This document shows positions 1 to 8,972 of a stretch of 64,000 nucleotides of DNA, one piece after another (positions within the stretch are counted from its first letter, which is position 1; each line of letters begins with the position of its first letter). This stretch comes from a virus. The position numbers and the translations under genes were made by a program. Where the stretch lies: IMG/VR virus record IMGVR_UViG_3300045282_000183, positions 5,181-69,180 of that record. One strand, given 5' to 3'. The notes under the pieces were generated by a model. The model saw only the letters and a program-made list of their open reading frames with translations. It made no database searches and was not told the origin of the DNA.

Positions 1-420
1 GACGGCAGGCTATTCGAGTGGACGTTCAGCGTCGGCTCTGTTTGGCTTGCCGTCGCGGTGTTCGTGTGGCCTGACATGATCATCTTGGGCGCGTTCAGGC
101 ATTTCTCGACGGTTATGTCTACCGAGGCTCTGTCGACGTACGCCGGGATTGTTGGCGCGTGCAGTCTTGTGGCGTTGTCCACTAATGGCACGTCGGTGGT
201 CGTCGGGCCTGTTATCCGTTCAGTGTGTGCCGTGCTGCGCGCGCTGATCTGGGGTGAGTTTGCATACGCTCTCTGGCTTCTGAGCAGGGACCAGCCAGCG
301 CCTTCTCTGGGAATGGGCTTCTGGATACTGTTCACTGCCAGTGAATTATATTCCTCATACCGGGCTATGATGGATGCATCCATTGGCAGCAGACTCCTCA
401 GTAATCAAAGAAATCTTTGA
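1..420 (+). CDS. multi-pass membrane protein, 5'-truncated (possible lysis-cassette gene)
   Basis: Frame is open back to position 1; several hydrophobic segments. Confidence 0.55.
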   Translation, partial: DGRLFEWTFSVGSVWLAVAVFVWPDMIILGAFRHFSTVMSTEALSTYAGIVGACSLVALSTNGTSVVVGPVIRSVCAVLRALIWGEFAYALWLLSRDQPAPSLGMGFWILFTASELYSSYRAMMDASIGSRLLSNQRNL

Positions 421-868
421 GGCGCTGTCCCCAACGGGACAGCTCGTCTTTGGTGCTTTGATCATAGGACTCGGGGCTTTTTTCATCGTGCGCGGTTGGC
501 TGGAAGGGCGCAAGCCGCAGGAAGCCGCTGCCAACGGGCTCGGTAATATTCCTACATGGATCATGGTCGGTCCGATGCACGACATGATGCAGTCGGTGCA
601 CGGCATGGCTGATCGCTCGCGACAGCAGACCGCTATTCTCAGAGAGAACCAGACCATACTCGCGGAGCATGCGAAGAAGCAGACCGACATTCATCTGGCC
701 AATCAGGCCATCCTGCGCGACATCGCGAAGGAGCTCAGCGATTGGAACCACGGGCAGGAGTACGGGCACAAGCTGCTCGAGCAGATTTCACGAAATCAAG
801 AACTGGGAATTCATCCTGCGCTGCAGAACCCGACAGCGTCCCGGCCCGAGAGGCCGAGGAGAGGGTGA
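374..868 (+). CDS. membrane-anchored coiled-coil protein (holin/antiholin-like?)
   Basis: One TM segment (QLVFGALIIGLGAFFIV) followed by a helical tail. Confidence 0.5.
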   Translation: MHPLAADSSVIKEIFEALSPTGQLVFGALIIGLGAFFIVRGWLEGRKPQEAAANGLGNIPTWIMVGPMHDMMQSVHGMADRSRQQTAILRENQTILAEHAKKQTDIHLANQAILRDIAKELSDWNHGQEYGHKLLEQISRNQELGIHPALQNPTASRPERPRRG

Positions 869-943
869 CCGGTTACTAGTCGGCCCTCACGAGCCGACCC
901 GCGCCAACGCAGCGCGGTCTCCTGACTGCTGTCTACCCAGACT

Positions 944-984
944 GGACCCGGGTCCTTTTTTGTTTGCGAACGATCCGTTCGCAA
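944..984. terminator. putative terminator between convergent units
   Basis: GGACCCGGGTCC followed by T6, and a 9-bp hairpin TTGCGAACG/CGTTCGCAA. Confidence 0.4.
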
Positions 985-985
985 C

Positions 986-1357
986 CTAGTCCGGTAACTT
1001 TACGGTGTCGCGGTTGTGCTGGTACACCGCGACCTCATTGGCGAAGCGGTAGGCCTCGTCTACCTTGGCGGGTACGGGTTCACCCCTGTTCAGGGCGATC
1101 TGCTTCACGCGCATCGCCCAGTCTCGCAGCACGTGCGGCATCGTCACGTCATCGCCGACCACGATGAACACCGGCTCGTCGTCTCTCGCCTTGCCGAGAC
1201 AACCCTCTCCGCGAGCGGCCTCGTCGAGTGCGTTCTTCTTTGTCCACATGACTCGCTTCTCCTCCGTGCAGTAGGGATACAGGCAGTTGTTGATGCTGCA
1301 CACACCAATCCTACAGTCCTTCGAGATGGCGTCCCGGTACGCGTGAATGTCACTCAT
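986..1357 (-). CDS. hypothetical phage protein
   Basis: DDEPVF motif typical of small phage proteins; coupled to upstream ORF. Confidence 0.6.
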   Translation of the reverse strand: MSDIHAYRDAISKDCRIGVCSINNCLYPYCTEEKRVMWTKKNALDEAARGEGCLGKARDDEPVFIVVGDDVTMPHVLRDWAMRVKQIALNRGEPVPAKVDEAYRFANEVAVYQHNRDTVKLPD

Positions 1358-1640
1358 CTAACGGATACTCTGTTGGATCGAACTGCCTCGCCGGGGCCGC
1401 GCGTACCACCGTCACGCTCTCCTCGAACCTCGACATGAAGTAGTCACGGGCCTGCCGATAGTCGTTGCGCGGCAGGCGCGCGATGAGCGTCGCGAGCGTC
1501 CACGCGATCGCATCCAGTATGTTGTGCGTGGTTTGTCGATCGGCCGCAGCGCCGACGTGACGCTGATAGCGAGCGATCGGCGTCGCGATCGCATCCGACA
1601 ATCTCTTGACATGGATCAGGTTGAGATCCTTGCCCGCCAT
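1350..1640 (-). CDS. hypothetical protein
   Basis: ATG at 1640 preceded by AGGGAG SD. Confidence 0.6.
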   Translation of the reverse strand: MAGKDLNLIHVKRLSDAIATPIARYQRHVGAAADRQTTHNILDAIAWTLATLIARLPRNDYRQARDYFMSRFEESVTVVRAAPARQFDPTEYPLDE

Positions 1641-1648
1641 AGTGCTCC

Positions 1649-3133
1649 CTATATCAGCCACTCTCGTGCCTCCTCTCGTGTCATGGTTGTCGCGGTGGTT
1701 ATCTTCTTGCGAAGGTTCTTGATGATCTTGTCGTCCACGGTGCCGGGTGTTCGCATGTCCACGTAGGTCACGCGATTGGTCTGCCCCTTGCGGTGGTTGC
1801 GATCCTCACTGTTCGCGCGCTGCTCAAGGTCGTCAGTGTTGCCGTAGTAGATGGTCTGGTCCGCGACGTTCCACGTGTTGCCGCGCCCACCCGCCGCCTG
1901 AGTGGAGACCATGAACCGGCACTCCGGGTCGCCGAGAAATCTTCGCTCGTCCTCGCCGCGCGTGCTGTTGTTCGCGCCGTGGAACTGCGCCGTGCAGCCC
2001 GCACCGAACTCCTCCTCCAGCGCGGCCACGATGCGTTTCAGTGGCGTGTGGAAAGGCACCCAGATGATGGTCTTGCCGCGATGCAGACCAAGGACCTCTA
2101 TGAGTTCCTTGGGTCTATTGCACGGTATCTCGTGCGTCCGGCCATGCTCATCCACCACGAAGCCGAGGTTGATCTGGTGCAGTCGCATGACCAGCGTCAT
2201 GACGTGCTGGGTCGACACGAACTCGCCGGTGCCGAGCTGCACCGAGGCGTTGTCGCGGAGCTCCCGGTAGAGCCTGCGCTGCTCCGGGGTGTGCTCCACG
2301 TCCCACATGACGTACCGCTTCGGCTCAAGATCGAGACAATCGGACTTCAGCACGCGATAGCTGTACGGCGCGATGCGATCGGCGAGCTCGTCCTGGTTCT
2401 TGTATCCCACGATCACGTCGAAGCGTCGCCCTCCCGTCTCCATGCGCCGCGTCACGCAGTACTCCCACTCGAACGAATGCCACGACTTGCAACCCACGAT
2501 GCGCCAGTCCAGGAACTGGAACTGCGCGAATATGTCCGCCGGTCCCTTCGGCGTGAGCAGCCCGGTCGCGATGCGCCGGACCACGGCCTCCTCCCCCACT
2601 GATCGTATGAATTTTGTGCGCTGCGCCTTGCGGCTCTTGATGGTCGTGCTCTCGTCCACGGCCACGTAAGCCAAACGCTGCGACACAAACTCCCGCACAA
2701 GCTCCTGCGCCTTCTCGACGCCTGATAGAGCCTCCACGTTCACGAACAGCGCGCGGGGGCGGTCGCTCACGCGCATGAAACGCTCCAGTCGTTTCAGCCG
2801 CTCCTTCCCGCCGCCGCTCCGCCAGCCCGCGATCTCCATGCGATCCACGAAGGCCGGGTCCATCTGCGCGTTGATCTCGCTCTGCTGGATATCGCTCTTG
2901 TCCTCGTACCAGTTGCGTATGGATCCGGCGGGCGCGATCACCAGAAGGTCCTGCGGCCCCCCGCTGCACGCCATCTCTCCCCACTCGTCGAGTATCGTGC
3001 CGGACTTGCCGGTTCCGTAGTCCATCAAGAACGCGAATACGTCCTCGGGCGCAGGGTCACTCGGGGCGCTGGCGGCGGCCTTCCGGGCGGCGATCTGGTG
3101 CGTCATCGGCGCGCGTCTTGGCTTGTATCTCAC
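1649..3133 (-). CDS. SNF2-family (SF2) helicase
   Basis: Motifs DYGTGKS, VDESTTIK, ATGLLTP, NSEDRNHRKGQ; GTG start after CACAGGAG. Confidence 0.9.
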   Translation of the reverse strand: MRYKPRRAPMTHQIAARKAAASAPSDPAPEDVFAFLMDYGTGKSGTILDEWGEMACSGGPQDLLVIAPAGSIRNWYEDKSDIQQSEINAQMDPAFVDRMEIAGWRSGGGKERLKRLERFMRVSDRPRALFVNVEALSGVEKAQELVREFVSQRLAYVAVDESTTIKSRKAQRTKFIRSVGEEAVVRRIATGLLTPKGPADIFAQFQFLDWRIVGCKSWHSFEWEYCVTRRMETGGRRFDVIVGYKNQDELADRIAPYSYRVLKSDCLDLEPKRYVMWDVEHTPEQRRLYRELRDNASVQLGTGEFVSTQHVMTLVMRLHQINLGFVVDEHGRTHEIPCNRPKELIEVLGLHRGKTIIWVPFHTPLKRIVAALEEEFGAGCTAQFHGANNSTRGEDERRFLGDPECRFMVSTQAAGGRGNTWNVADQTIYYGNTDDLEQRANSEDRNHRKGQTNRVTYVDMRTPGTVDDKIIKNLRKKITTATTMTREEAREWLI

Positions 3134-3156
3134 TGTGCTTCTCCTGTGCTGGGTTA

Positions 3157-3165
3157 AGTATAGCA
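3157..3165 (-). promoter_or_regulatory. extended -10 promoter for helicase unit
   Basis: TGcTATACT on minus strand just upstream of SD. Confidence 0.5.
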
Positions 3166-3237
3166 CGGGGACGGGTCAATTGCGCGTATTGCGGGGGTAT
3201 TGAAATCTAACATGCATGCGCCCGAGCGCTAGAAGGA

Positions 3238-3326
3238 GTTTAATTACGATATTGTGATATTACCTCACGCGCGAGGAGTGGACGATCCTCGCGCACGCGT
3301 GAGGCAATATTATAATATTTCAATAC
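3238..3326. repeat. ~89-bp palindromic element, copy 1
   Basis: Near-identical to 36425-36513; internal inverted repeat and CAATA(T/C) units. Confidence 0.9.
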
Positions 3327-3471
3327 CACAATACCCACTTGCCGTCGTCGCGCGCTTGTGGCAGAGTGACCACGAGCTGCTCTCCCGGCCAGCTTGGGGC
3401 GGCCTTCCTGTGCAGGCATACCGCCAGAGCGCCCCGTGCTGCTGGCAAACCGGCACGGGGCGCGACCATGT

Positions 3472-3500
3472 TTGCAGTCGTCGCTCGCCCGGGGTATCAT
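3472..3500 (+). promoter_or_regulatory. sigma70-like promoter of replication operon
   Basis: TTGCAG-N17-TATCAT, preceded by an 11-bp hairpin (3429-3463). Confidence 0.65.
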
Positions 3501-3539
3501 ACCCCTAGTTGCCAGCAGACCCAGCACAGGAGAACACCC

Positions 3540-4154
3540 ATGCCAAAGCAGACACGTGCGCCCAACGCAGCGCTTCTGGCCGAGATGACGGCCGACACCC
3601 CCGCTGCCTCCCCTGATCAGCTCGAGAACATCCGCAGGCTGGCCGCCGAGATGCGAGATCTTCAGACACACAACGCGAGCATGCAAGAGCAGATCAAGCA
3701 GAACAACGAGCGGATCGAGAAGATCAAGTGGCAGGATCTTCTCGACGCCATGGACCGGGCGCGCATGCGCTCGTTCGTGCTGGAGGCAGAGGGTAATTTT
3801 CCTGCCTACGAGATCAAGACCGGAGCCTACTACCACGCGAACATATCATCTGACTGGCCCGAGGAGCAGCGCGCGAAGTCGTTTGCTTGGCTCGGCAAGC
3901 ACGAGCCGGGCATGCTACGCAACACGATATCCGTAGAGTTCGGAAAGAACACCGCGAAGCAGCAGAAGATGCTGGCCGCGTTCTGCAAGAAGAATAAGAT
4001 GAACTTCCAGCAAATATTCGGTGTGCCGTGGAACACGTTAACGGCATACGTGAAAGAGCAGATCGAGGAGCACAAGGCCACGCCCCCGCTCGAACTGCTT
4101 GGAGCCAAGGTCGGGCGGGTGGCCAACATGAAGCCAGTCAAGGAGAAGAACTGA
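3540..4154 (+). CDS. conserved phage replication-region protein
   Basis: SD CACAGGAG, ATG 3540; coiled-coil N-terminus, VPWNTLTAYVKE motif. Confidence 0.7.
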   Translation: MPKQTRAPNAALLAEMTADTPAASPDQLENIRRLAAEMRDLQTHNASMQEQIKQNNERIEKIKWQDLLDAMDRARMRSFVLEAEGNFPAYEIKTGAYYHANISSDWPEEQRAKSFAWLGKHEPGMLRNTISVEFGKNTAKQQKMLAAFCKKNKMNFQQIFGVPWNTLTAYVKEQIEEHKATPPLELLGAKVGRVANMKPVKEKN

Positions 4155-5017
4155 TGGCTAAGACAGCAGTGAAGCCGAAGCCCAAGCCGGGCCGCGAGAT
4201 CGTGAAGCCGAAGTCCGGGGCTGTCGCTCCGGCTGATCTCCTGAAGATGATGGAGGGGGACGCCGGGAAGGGCGTCTCGACTTCTGCGGACGACAACATC
4301 GTACCGCTCCTCTACATTCTCCAGAAGGGCAGTCCGCAGTGCGACCGCGACGACAAGGCCAAGTACATCAAGGGCGCGATGCCGGGCAATCTGTGGTTCC
4401 GCGGAACCGCCGCCGTCATCGACGTCGAGGACGAGCCGCTCCTGTTCATCGCGTGCTACTTCGGCAAGCGATGGATCAGATGGCGGGCCAATCGCGGTGG
4501 CTACGTGGACGCCTACGCCAAACGTCCTGACGACGCGAAGCAGGTCGCCGACGCCAAGAACCCGGACCGCATGGTGTGGCGCATGCCGAACGACAAGGGC
4601 GAGTACAACGACGCGTGCGACGCCGTCGTCGAGACCCGGGAGTACGCCGGGCTCGGCCGGGTGGGCGATAAGTGGCTGAGCGTGGTGTTCCCGTTCAGCA
4701 GCACCGGCCACACTCCGGCCCGCGAGTGGATGGGTCTGATCAACCAGAAGACCGTTCCCGGCACTGATCGTCCGGCGCCGATCTTCTCGCACGTCTACAA
4801 GGTTGACACCATCCGGCGCGAGAATGACGAGGGCTCGTGGTATCAGGCCCGTATCATCGACGCCGGCGAGGAGGACGGCAAGGCTGTCGCCCAGATGGTC
4901 GACGACGTCGAGCTCTACAAGGCGGCGCGCAAGATCCACGCCGACTTCTCGAGTGGCGCGCTGAAGGCCGACGTGGGCGAAGCGGGCGGCGAGGCAGACG
5001 ACGACAACGACATGTGA
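4154..5017 (+). CDS. putative single-stranded DNA-binding protein
   Basis: IVPLLYILQKGSPQ motif, acidic C-terminal tail, position before primase. Confidence 0.6.
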   Translation: MAKTAVKPKPKPGREIVKPKSGAVAPADLLKMMEGDAGKGVSTSADDNIVPLLYILQKGSPQCDRDDKAKYIKGAMPGNLWFRGTAAVIDVEDEPLLFIACYFGKRWIRWRANRGGYVDAYAKRPDDAKQVADAKNPDRMVWRMPNDKGEYNDACDAVVETREYAGLGRVGDKWLSVVFPFSSTGHTPAREWMGLINQKTVPGTDRPAPIFSHVYKVDTIRRENDEGSWYQARIIDAGEEDGKAVAQMVDDVELYKAARKIHADFSSGALKADVGEAGGEADDDNDM

Positions 5018-5161
5018 ACGCGCGGCGACGGGGACACGGTGCACCGCGTCTAGTCGCCTCGTCAGGCCTCGCGCGTACAGGCGCAGCGCCCGGGCGGTAA
5101 TCCGGGCCAACTGCCGTCGGCGGCGCGCGAGGCCGCCTCTTCCTCGTACAGGAATACTGGA

Positions 5162-6748
5162 ATGCCGTCTGCCAACGACAACGCGCGCAGGATGCTGGAG
5201 CTCTTTCCAGGTAACGAGACTCATCACGGAACGCACGGCGAGCCAGACCTGGACATGATCGGCGGCGTCAAGTGGGAGATCAAGCGCACGGCGCGTCAGG
5301 TGAAGGGACCGGCGACGCTGGAGCTCTGGGAGAAGCATCTCGAGGGCACGCGCCCGCTCGGCGTGGTGCCGATCATGGGTGACGCGCTGTGCGCGTGGGG
5401 CAGCATCGACATAGACGACTACGACGTGGTGTCCGCCGACGTCATCCGGAAGATCGAGAGCGCGAAGCTGCCGCTGCTGCCGTGTCGCAGCAAGTCCGGC
5501 GGCCTGCATCTGTTCATGTTCACCAGCAAGCCCGTCACCGCCACGCTCATGCGCACGACGCTCAGCGACATAGCCGCGTCGATCGGGTACGCGGGCTGCG
5601 AGATATTCCCGAAGCAGACCCGGTTGCTCGTCGAGAAGGGTGATCAGGGCAACTGGATGGTCATGCCGTACTTCGGCGGGACGTATGACGGCAAGCTGCG
5701 CGAGCAGGTCGGCATCAAGCGGACCGGTGCGGAGATGCTCGTCGGGGAGTTTCTCTCGGCCGCCGAGAAGATGCGCGTGTCTCCGGAGGACATCGCCAAG
5801 GTTCGCGCCCCGAACACGAAGAAGCCACGAAAGGAGCGCCCCCCGTTCAGCGACGGACCTCCCTGTCTCGTTCACCTGACGTCGAGAGCCGGGGGGATAC
5901 CGCAGGGTGGGCAGAACAACACGCTGTTCCACATGGGAGTGTACTTTCGCAGGGCCGACCCCGAGAACTGGAAGCGTCGTCTCGAGGAGGCGAACCAGAA
6001 GTGGTTCACGCCGCCGTACCCGTCCGACAAGTTGTCACTACTGATGAAGTCGCTCGACAAGAAGGACTATCAGTACAAGTGTAAGGACCAGCCGATGGTA
6101 TCGCACTGCGACGCGATGCAGTGTCGCACGCGCAAGTTCGGCGTGGGAGCGGCCGGGACGTATCCGGAGATCACGAGCATATCGAAGCTGAACTCTGAGC
6201 CGCCGATATGGTTCGTGGACGTGGAGGGTGCGCGCATCTCGATGAGTACCGAGGAGCTCCAGACCTACGTCAAATTCCATAGACTGTGCATGGAGCACGT
6301 GCACAAGTCGTTCGCGACGATATCACAGGCGGCGTGGTTCGGCGTGCTGAACGAGGTTATGGCGCGCGGCGTGAGGGACATGGACACGTCCGAGGACGTG
6401 AAGCCCGGGGCGCAGTTCCTGGAGCTACTGCGGCAGTTCCTAACGGACCGAGGGCAGGGCAGGAACAAGGAGGACGTCGCCACGGGCAGGCCGTTCCTAG
6501 ATGAGGACGAGAAACTGTACTATTTCCAGCTCGCGGCGCTCAGGAAGTTTCTCGACCGCGAGGGCATGAAGGATCTCGCGAAGCACAGCGGCAGGATCAC
6601 GACGATGATAAAGGAACTCGGCGGGAACAATCATCAGTTCAATCTGAAGGGTGTAGGGAACCGCTTCGTGTGGTGGATACCATTCGATGTTATCGGCTCG
6701 AACCGCCCAATGCTCGAGGGGCCGAAGGCCGAGGAGGGTGAGCTGTGA
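5162..6748 (+). CDS. archaeo-eukaryotic primase (AEP) superfamily primase with PriCT-like domain
   Basis: IDIDDY, RSKSGGLHLF, MPYFG motifs; PPCL...GGQNNTLF. Confidence 0.85.
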   Translation: MPSANDNARRMLELFPGNETHHGTHGEPDLDMIGGVKWEIKRTARQVKGPATLELWEKHLEGTRPLGVVPIMGDALCAWGSIDIDDYDVVSADVIRKIESAKLPLLPCRSKSGGLHLFMFTSKPVTATLMRTTLSDIAASIGYAGCEIFPKQTRLLVEKGDQGNWMVMPYFGGTYDGKLREQVGIKRTGAEMLVGEFLSAAEKMRVSPEDIAKVRAPNTKKPRKERPPFSDGPPCLVHLTSRAGGIPQGGQNNTLFHMGVYFRRADPENWKRRLEEANQKWFTPPYPSDKLSLLMKSLDKKDYQYKCKDQPMVSHCDAMQCRTRKFGVGAAGTYPEITSISKLNSEPPIWFVDVEGARISMSTEELQTYVKFHRLCMEHVHKSFATISQAAWFGVLNEVMARGVRDMDTSEDVKPGAQFLELLRQFLTDRGQGRNKEDVATGRPFLDEDEKLYYFQLAALRKFLDREGMKDLAKHSGRITTMIKELGGNNHQFNLKGVGNRFVWWIPFDVIGSNRPMLEGPKAEEGEL

Positions 6749-7110
6749 GTAGTATCTACGACCGCAAGACACAGGTACTCCGGGTTGAGTGCGACAATCC
6801 GGAGTGTCTGGTGAACTACGAGACTGAGCCGGCCGAATTCAAGCAGGGCTGGCGTGAGGCAAGAACGATGGGGTGGGTTTATCACCCGACCTACGAGAAC
6901 GGCGTGTCTCGTGCTGGTCACCTGTGTCCACAGCACGCCCGGGAGAACGATCATGCGCGTAAGTTTCGAGGACAAGACGCAGACGCCTTCGAGCAGGCGA
7001 TCAGGAACGCTCGTGCAGTGCATCCAGGTGATGGACGTGCCCAAGCCGCGCCCGATCGGGGAGCGGGTCGAGCAGGAGGTCGTCCCAAACATCTGGGGCG
7101 TCGTCGCTGA
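6745..7110 (+). CDS. hypothetical Zn-binding protein
   Basis: CDNPEC...GW...HLCPQH; GTG coupled to primase stop. Confidence 0.5.
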   Translation: MSSIYDRKTQVLRVECDNPECLVNYETEPAEFKQGWREARTMGWVYHPTYENGVSRAGHLCPQHARENDHARKFRGQDADAFEQAIRNARAVHPGDGRAQAAPDRGAGRAGGRPKHLGRRR

Positions 7111-7189
7111 CGACAAGACCGGCGCGCTGGTCGCGATGCCGATCTACCTCATCACGGCGAAAATCTTGCCGGGTCAACAGGAGAAGTGA
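6953..7189 (+). CDS. hypothetical protein
   Basis: GGAGA SD plus ATG at 6953. Confidence 0.5.
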   Translation: MRVSFEDKTQTPSSRRSGTLVQCIQVMDVPKPRPIGERVEQEVVPNIWGVVADDKTGALVAMPIYLITAKILPGQQEK

Positions 7190-7190
7190 C

Positions 7191-7661
7191 ATGACGAACG
7201 ACGTCAGGAACAAGCGCATGGTCGTGGGCTTCCTCTTCGACGAGGACGGCAAGGTGGCCCTCGTCGAGAAGACACACCCGGACTGGCAGCGCGGACTGCT
7301 GAACGGCATCGGCGGCGTGATGGAGCTCGGCGAGACGCCGCCGGACGCCATGCGTCGCGAGTTCGTCGAGGAGACCGGGGTCACCGGGATCTCCTGGAAG
7401 CACTTCGCCACGGAGATCGAGCCGTTCGGGGCCTACGTCTACTTCTACACGGCGCACGGCAGCGCGAACCTTCCGGAGAAGAACGACGCGGGCGAGCTGC
7501 TTCGGTGGGTCGATCCGGTGGACATCTACAGCCACATGCGCGAGGAGCGGGCGCTGGGCAATCTTCACTGGCTCCTGCCGCTGGCGCAGGACCCGCGCCC
7601 GCTCCAGGAGCCGGTGGTCGTGCACGTCAGGGGCGACATCAGGGAGACGCCGACATGGTGA
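7191..7661 (+). CDS. Nudix hydrolase
   Basis: Nudix box GGVMELGETPPDAMRREFVEETGV. Confidence 0.9.
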   Translation: MTNDVRNKRMVVGFLFDEDGKVALVEKTHPDWQRGLLNGIGGVMELGETPPDAMRREFVEETGVTGISWKHFATEIEPFGAYVYFYTAHGSANLPEKNDAGELLRWVDPVDIYSHMREERALGNLHWLLPLAQDPRPLQEPVVVHVRGDIRETPTW

Positions 7662-8206
7662 AGGACAGATTTGATAAAGCTGAGGACGCTCAGAATTTCT
7701 ACGATCCGCGCGAGGCTGACGACTATGCTGAAAAACTGCGCAACGCGGCGAAGGGCTGGATCGGCGTGGACCTGGATGGCACGCTGTTCCACTACGACAA
7801 GTGGGTCGGCTGGAACGTGTTCGGCGAACCGATCGCGCCGATGGTCGAGCGCGTGCGGAAGTGGGTCTCGGAGGGCATCGAGGTTCGCATCGTGACGGCG
7901 CGCGTCGGCATTCCGGTCTGGGGTGGATACACCGACGCGCCGCGCGTGTCCCACGTGCTCAAGCACCAGTGCCGCGTGACCGGTGACATGTTCAGCGACG
8001 CCTCGATGATACGCGCGATCCAGGACCATCTCGAACGGCACGGTCTTCCGCGCCTGAAGGTCCAGTGCTACAAGGACGTCGACATGATCGAGCTCTGGGA
8101 CGACCGCGCCGTGCAGGTCGTGCCGAACACCGGACGCACGCTGGCCGAGGAGCACGCGGCCGAGCTGAGCGCGCTCCAGGGCAAGGCGCAGGGGGTGTCG
8201 TCATGA
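7655..8206 (+). CDS. HAD-superfamily phosphatase (PNKP phosphatase-like)
   Basis: VDLDGTL, IVTAR, LWDDRA motifs. Confidence 0.8.
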   Translation: MVKDRFDKAEDAQNFYDPREADDYAEKLRNAAKGWIGVDLDGTLFHYDKWVGWNVFGEPIAPMVERVRKWVSEGIEVRIVTARVGIPVWGGYTDAPRVSHVLKHQCRVTGDMFSDASMIRAIQDHLERHGLPRLKVQCYKDVDMIELWDDRAVQVVPNTGRTLAEEHAAELSALQGKAQGVSS

Positions 8207-8487
8207 TGCACCCAGACGAGATCGAGAACAAGACCAAGGCGTTGTTGGCGATGCGCGACGTCGTTGAGACGTACAAGTTGCTGCTGACAATCGTCAGCGT
8301 TGACATATACTACGATGGACACGCAATGACGAGACACGGCTCGATACAGATAGAGCCGCAGGGCGTGTCGGCGGTCGTGCGTCAGGCGCTGGTCGCGCAC
8401 TGGTCCGAGAAGGTGTTGCTGGAAGCCGCGAACATGCGCTCGCACAACGTGGACCCGACGTCCTTGATACCGGAGGAGCTGCGATGA
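8203..8487 (+). CDS. hypothetical protein
   Basis: ATGA-coupled ORF. Confidence 0.55.
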   Translation: MMHPDEIENKTKALLAMRDVVETYKLLLTIVSVDIYYDGHAMTRHGSIQIEPQGVSAVVRQALVAHWSEKVLLEAANMRSHNVDPTSLIPEELR

Positions 8488-8762
8488 TCGACTGGAGGAA
8501 GTCCTGCTGGGTGCCGAACGGCATGTTCCAGCGACTGTACTACGGCGAGAGCGCCGAGGAGTACAACGCCGGGCTCGCGGCGGTCGGCCTGCCGCCCGTG
8601 GCGCGGCCCGTGCGCCGCGAGTGGCTGGAGGACGCTGGCAAGGGTCGCACGGCTGGGCCATACTACGAGGCACCGCCCGTGCGCTACTTCTTCACGCAGA
8701 GCCTCGGGCGGCGAGACGCGGAGGCGCAGGAAGCTGCGCGCAGAGGGGAGATACGACGATGA
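8484..8762 (+). CDS. hypothetical protein
   Basis: ATGA-coupled ORF with GGAGG SD. Confidence 0.55.
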   Translation: MIDWRKSCWVPNGMFQRLYYGESAEEYNAGLAAVGLPPVARPVRREWLEDAGKGRTAGPYYEAPPVRYFFTQSLGRRDAEAQEAARRGEIRR

Positions 8763-8971
8763 GCGAGTCATCCAGAGCCGCAGAGGCGCAGAAGTGGATA
8801 GCACTGTTCTTCTTGGTGGTCGCGGTCGGCTGCTTCTGGTCGGCATATCTCGTGTGGCACACACCAAATCCCGTCCTGAGCGTAATCGGGGTGGTGTTCC
8901 TGGCATTCGTCGGGTTCTGCGTGCTGTTCTTATCATGGATCAGCGCGACCAACGGTGCGCAGGGAGGCTGA
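8759..8971 (+). CDS. small two-TM membrane protein
   Basis: Two hydrophobic helices. Confidence 0.6.
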   Translation: MSESSRAAEAQKWIALFFLVVAVGCFWSAYLVWHTPNPVLSVIGVVFLAFVGFCVLFLSWISATNGAQGG

Positions 8972-8972
8972 C

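Noticed and set aside
3830-5932. 700-aa minus-strand ORF, and similar ones such as 39399-41777 and 54099-55886
   Set aside because: Antisense shadows of well-supported genes, expected with strong GC3 codon bias; no motifs
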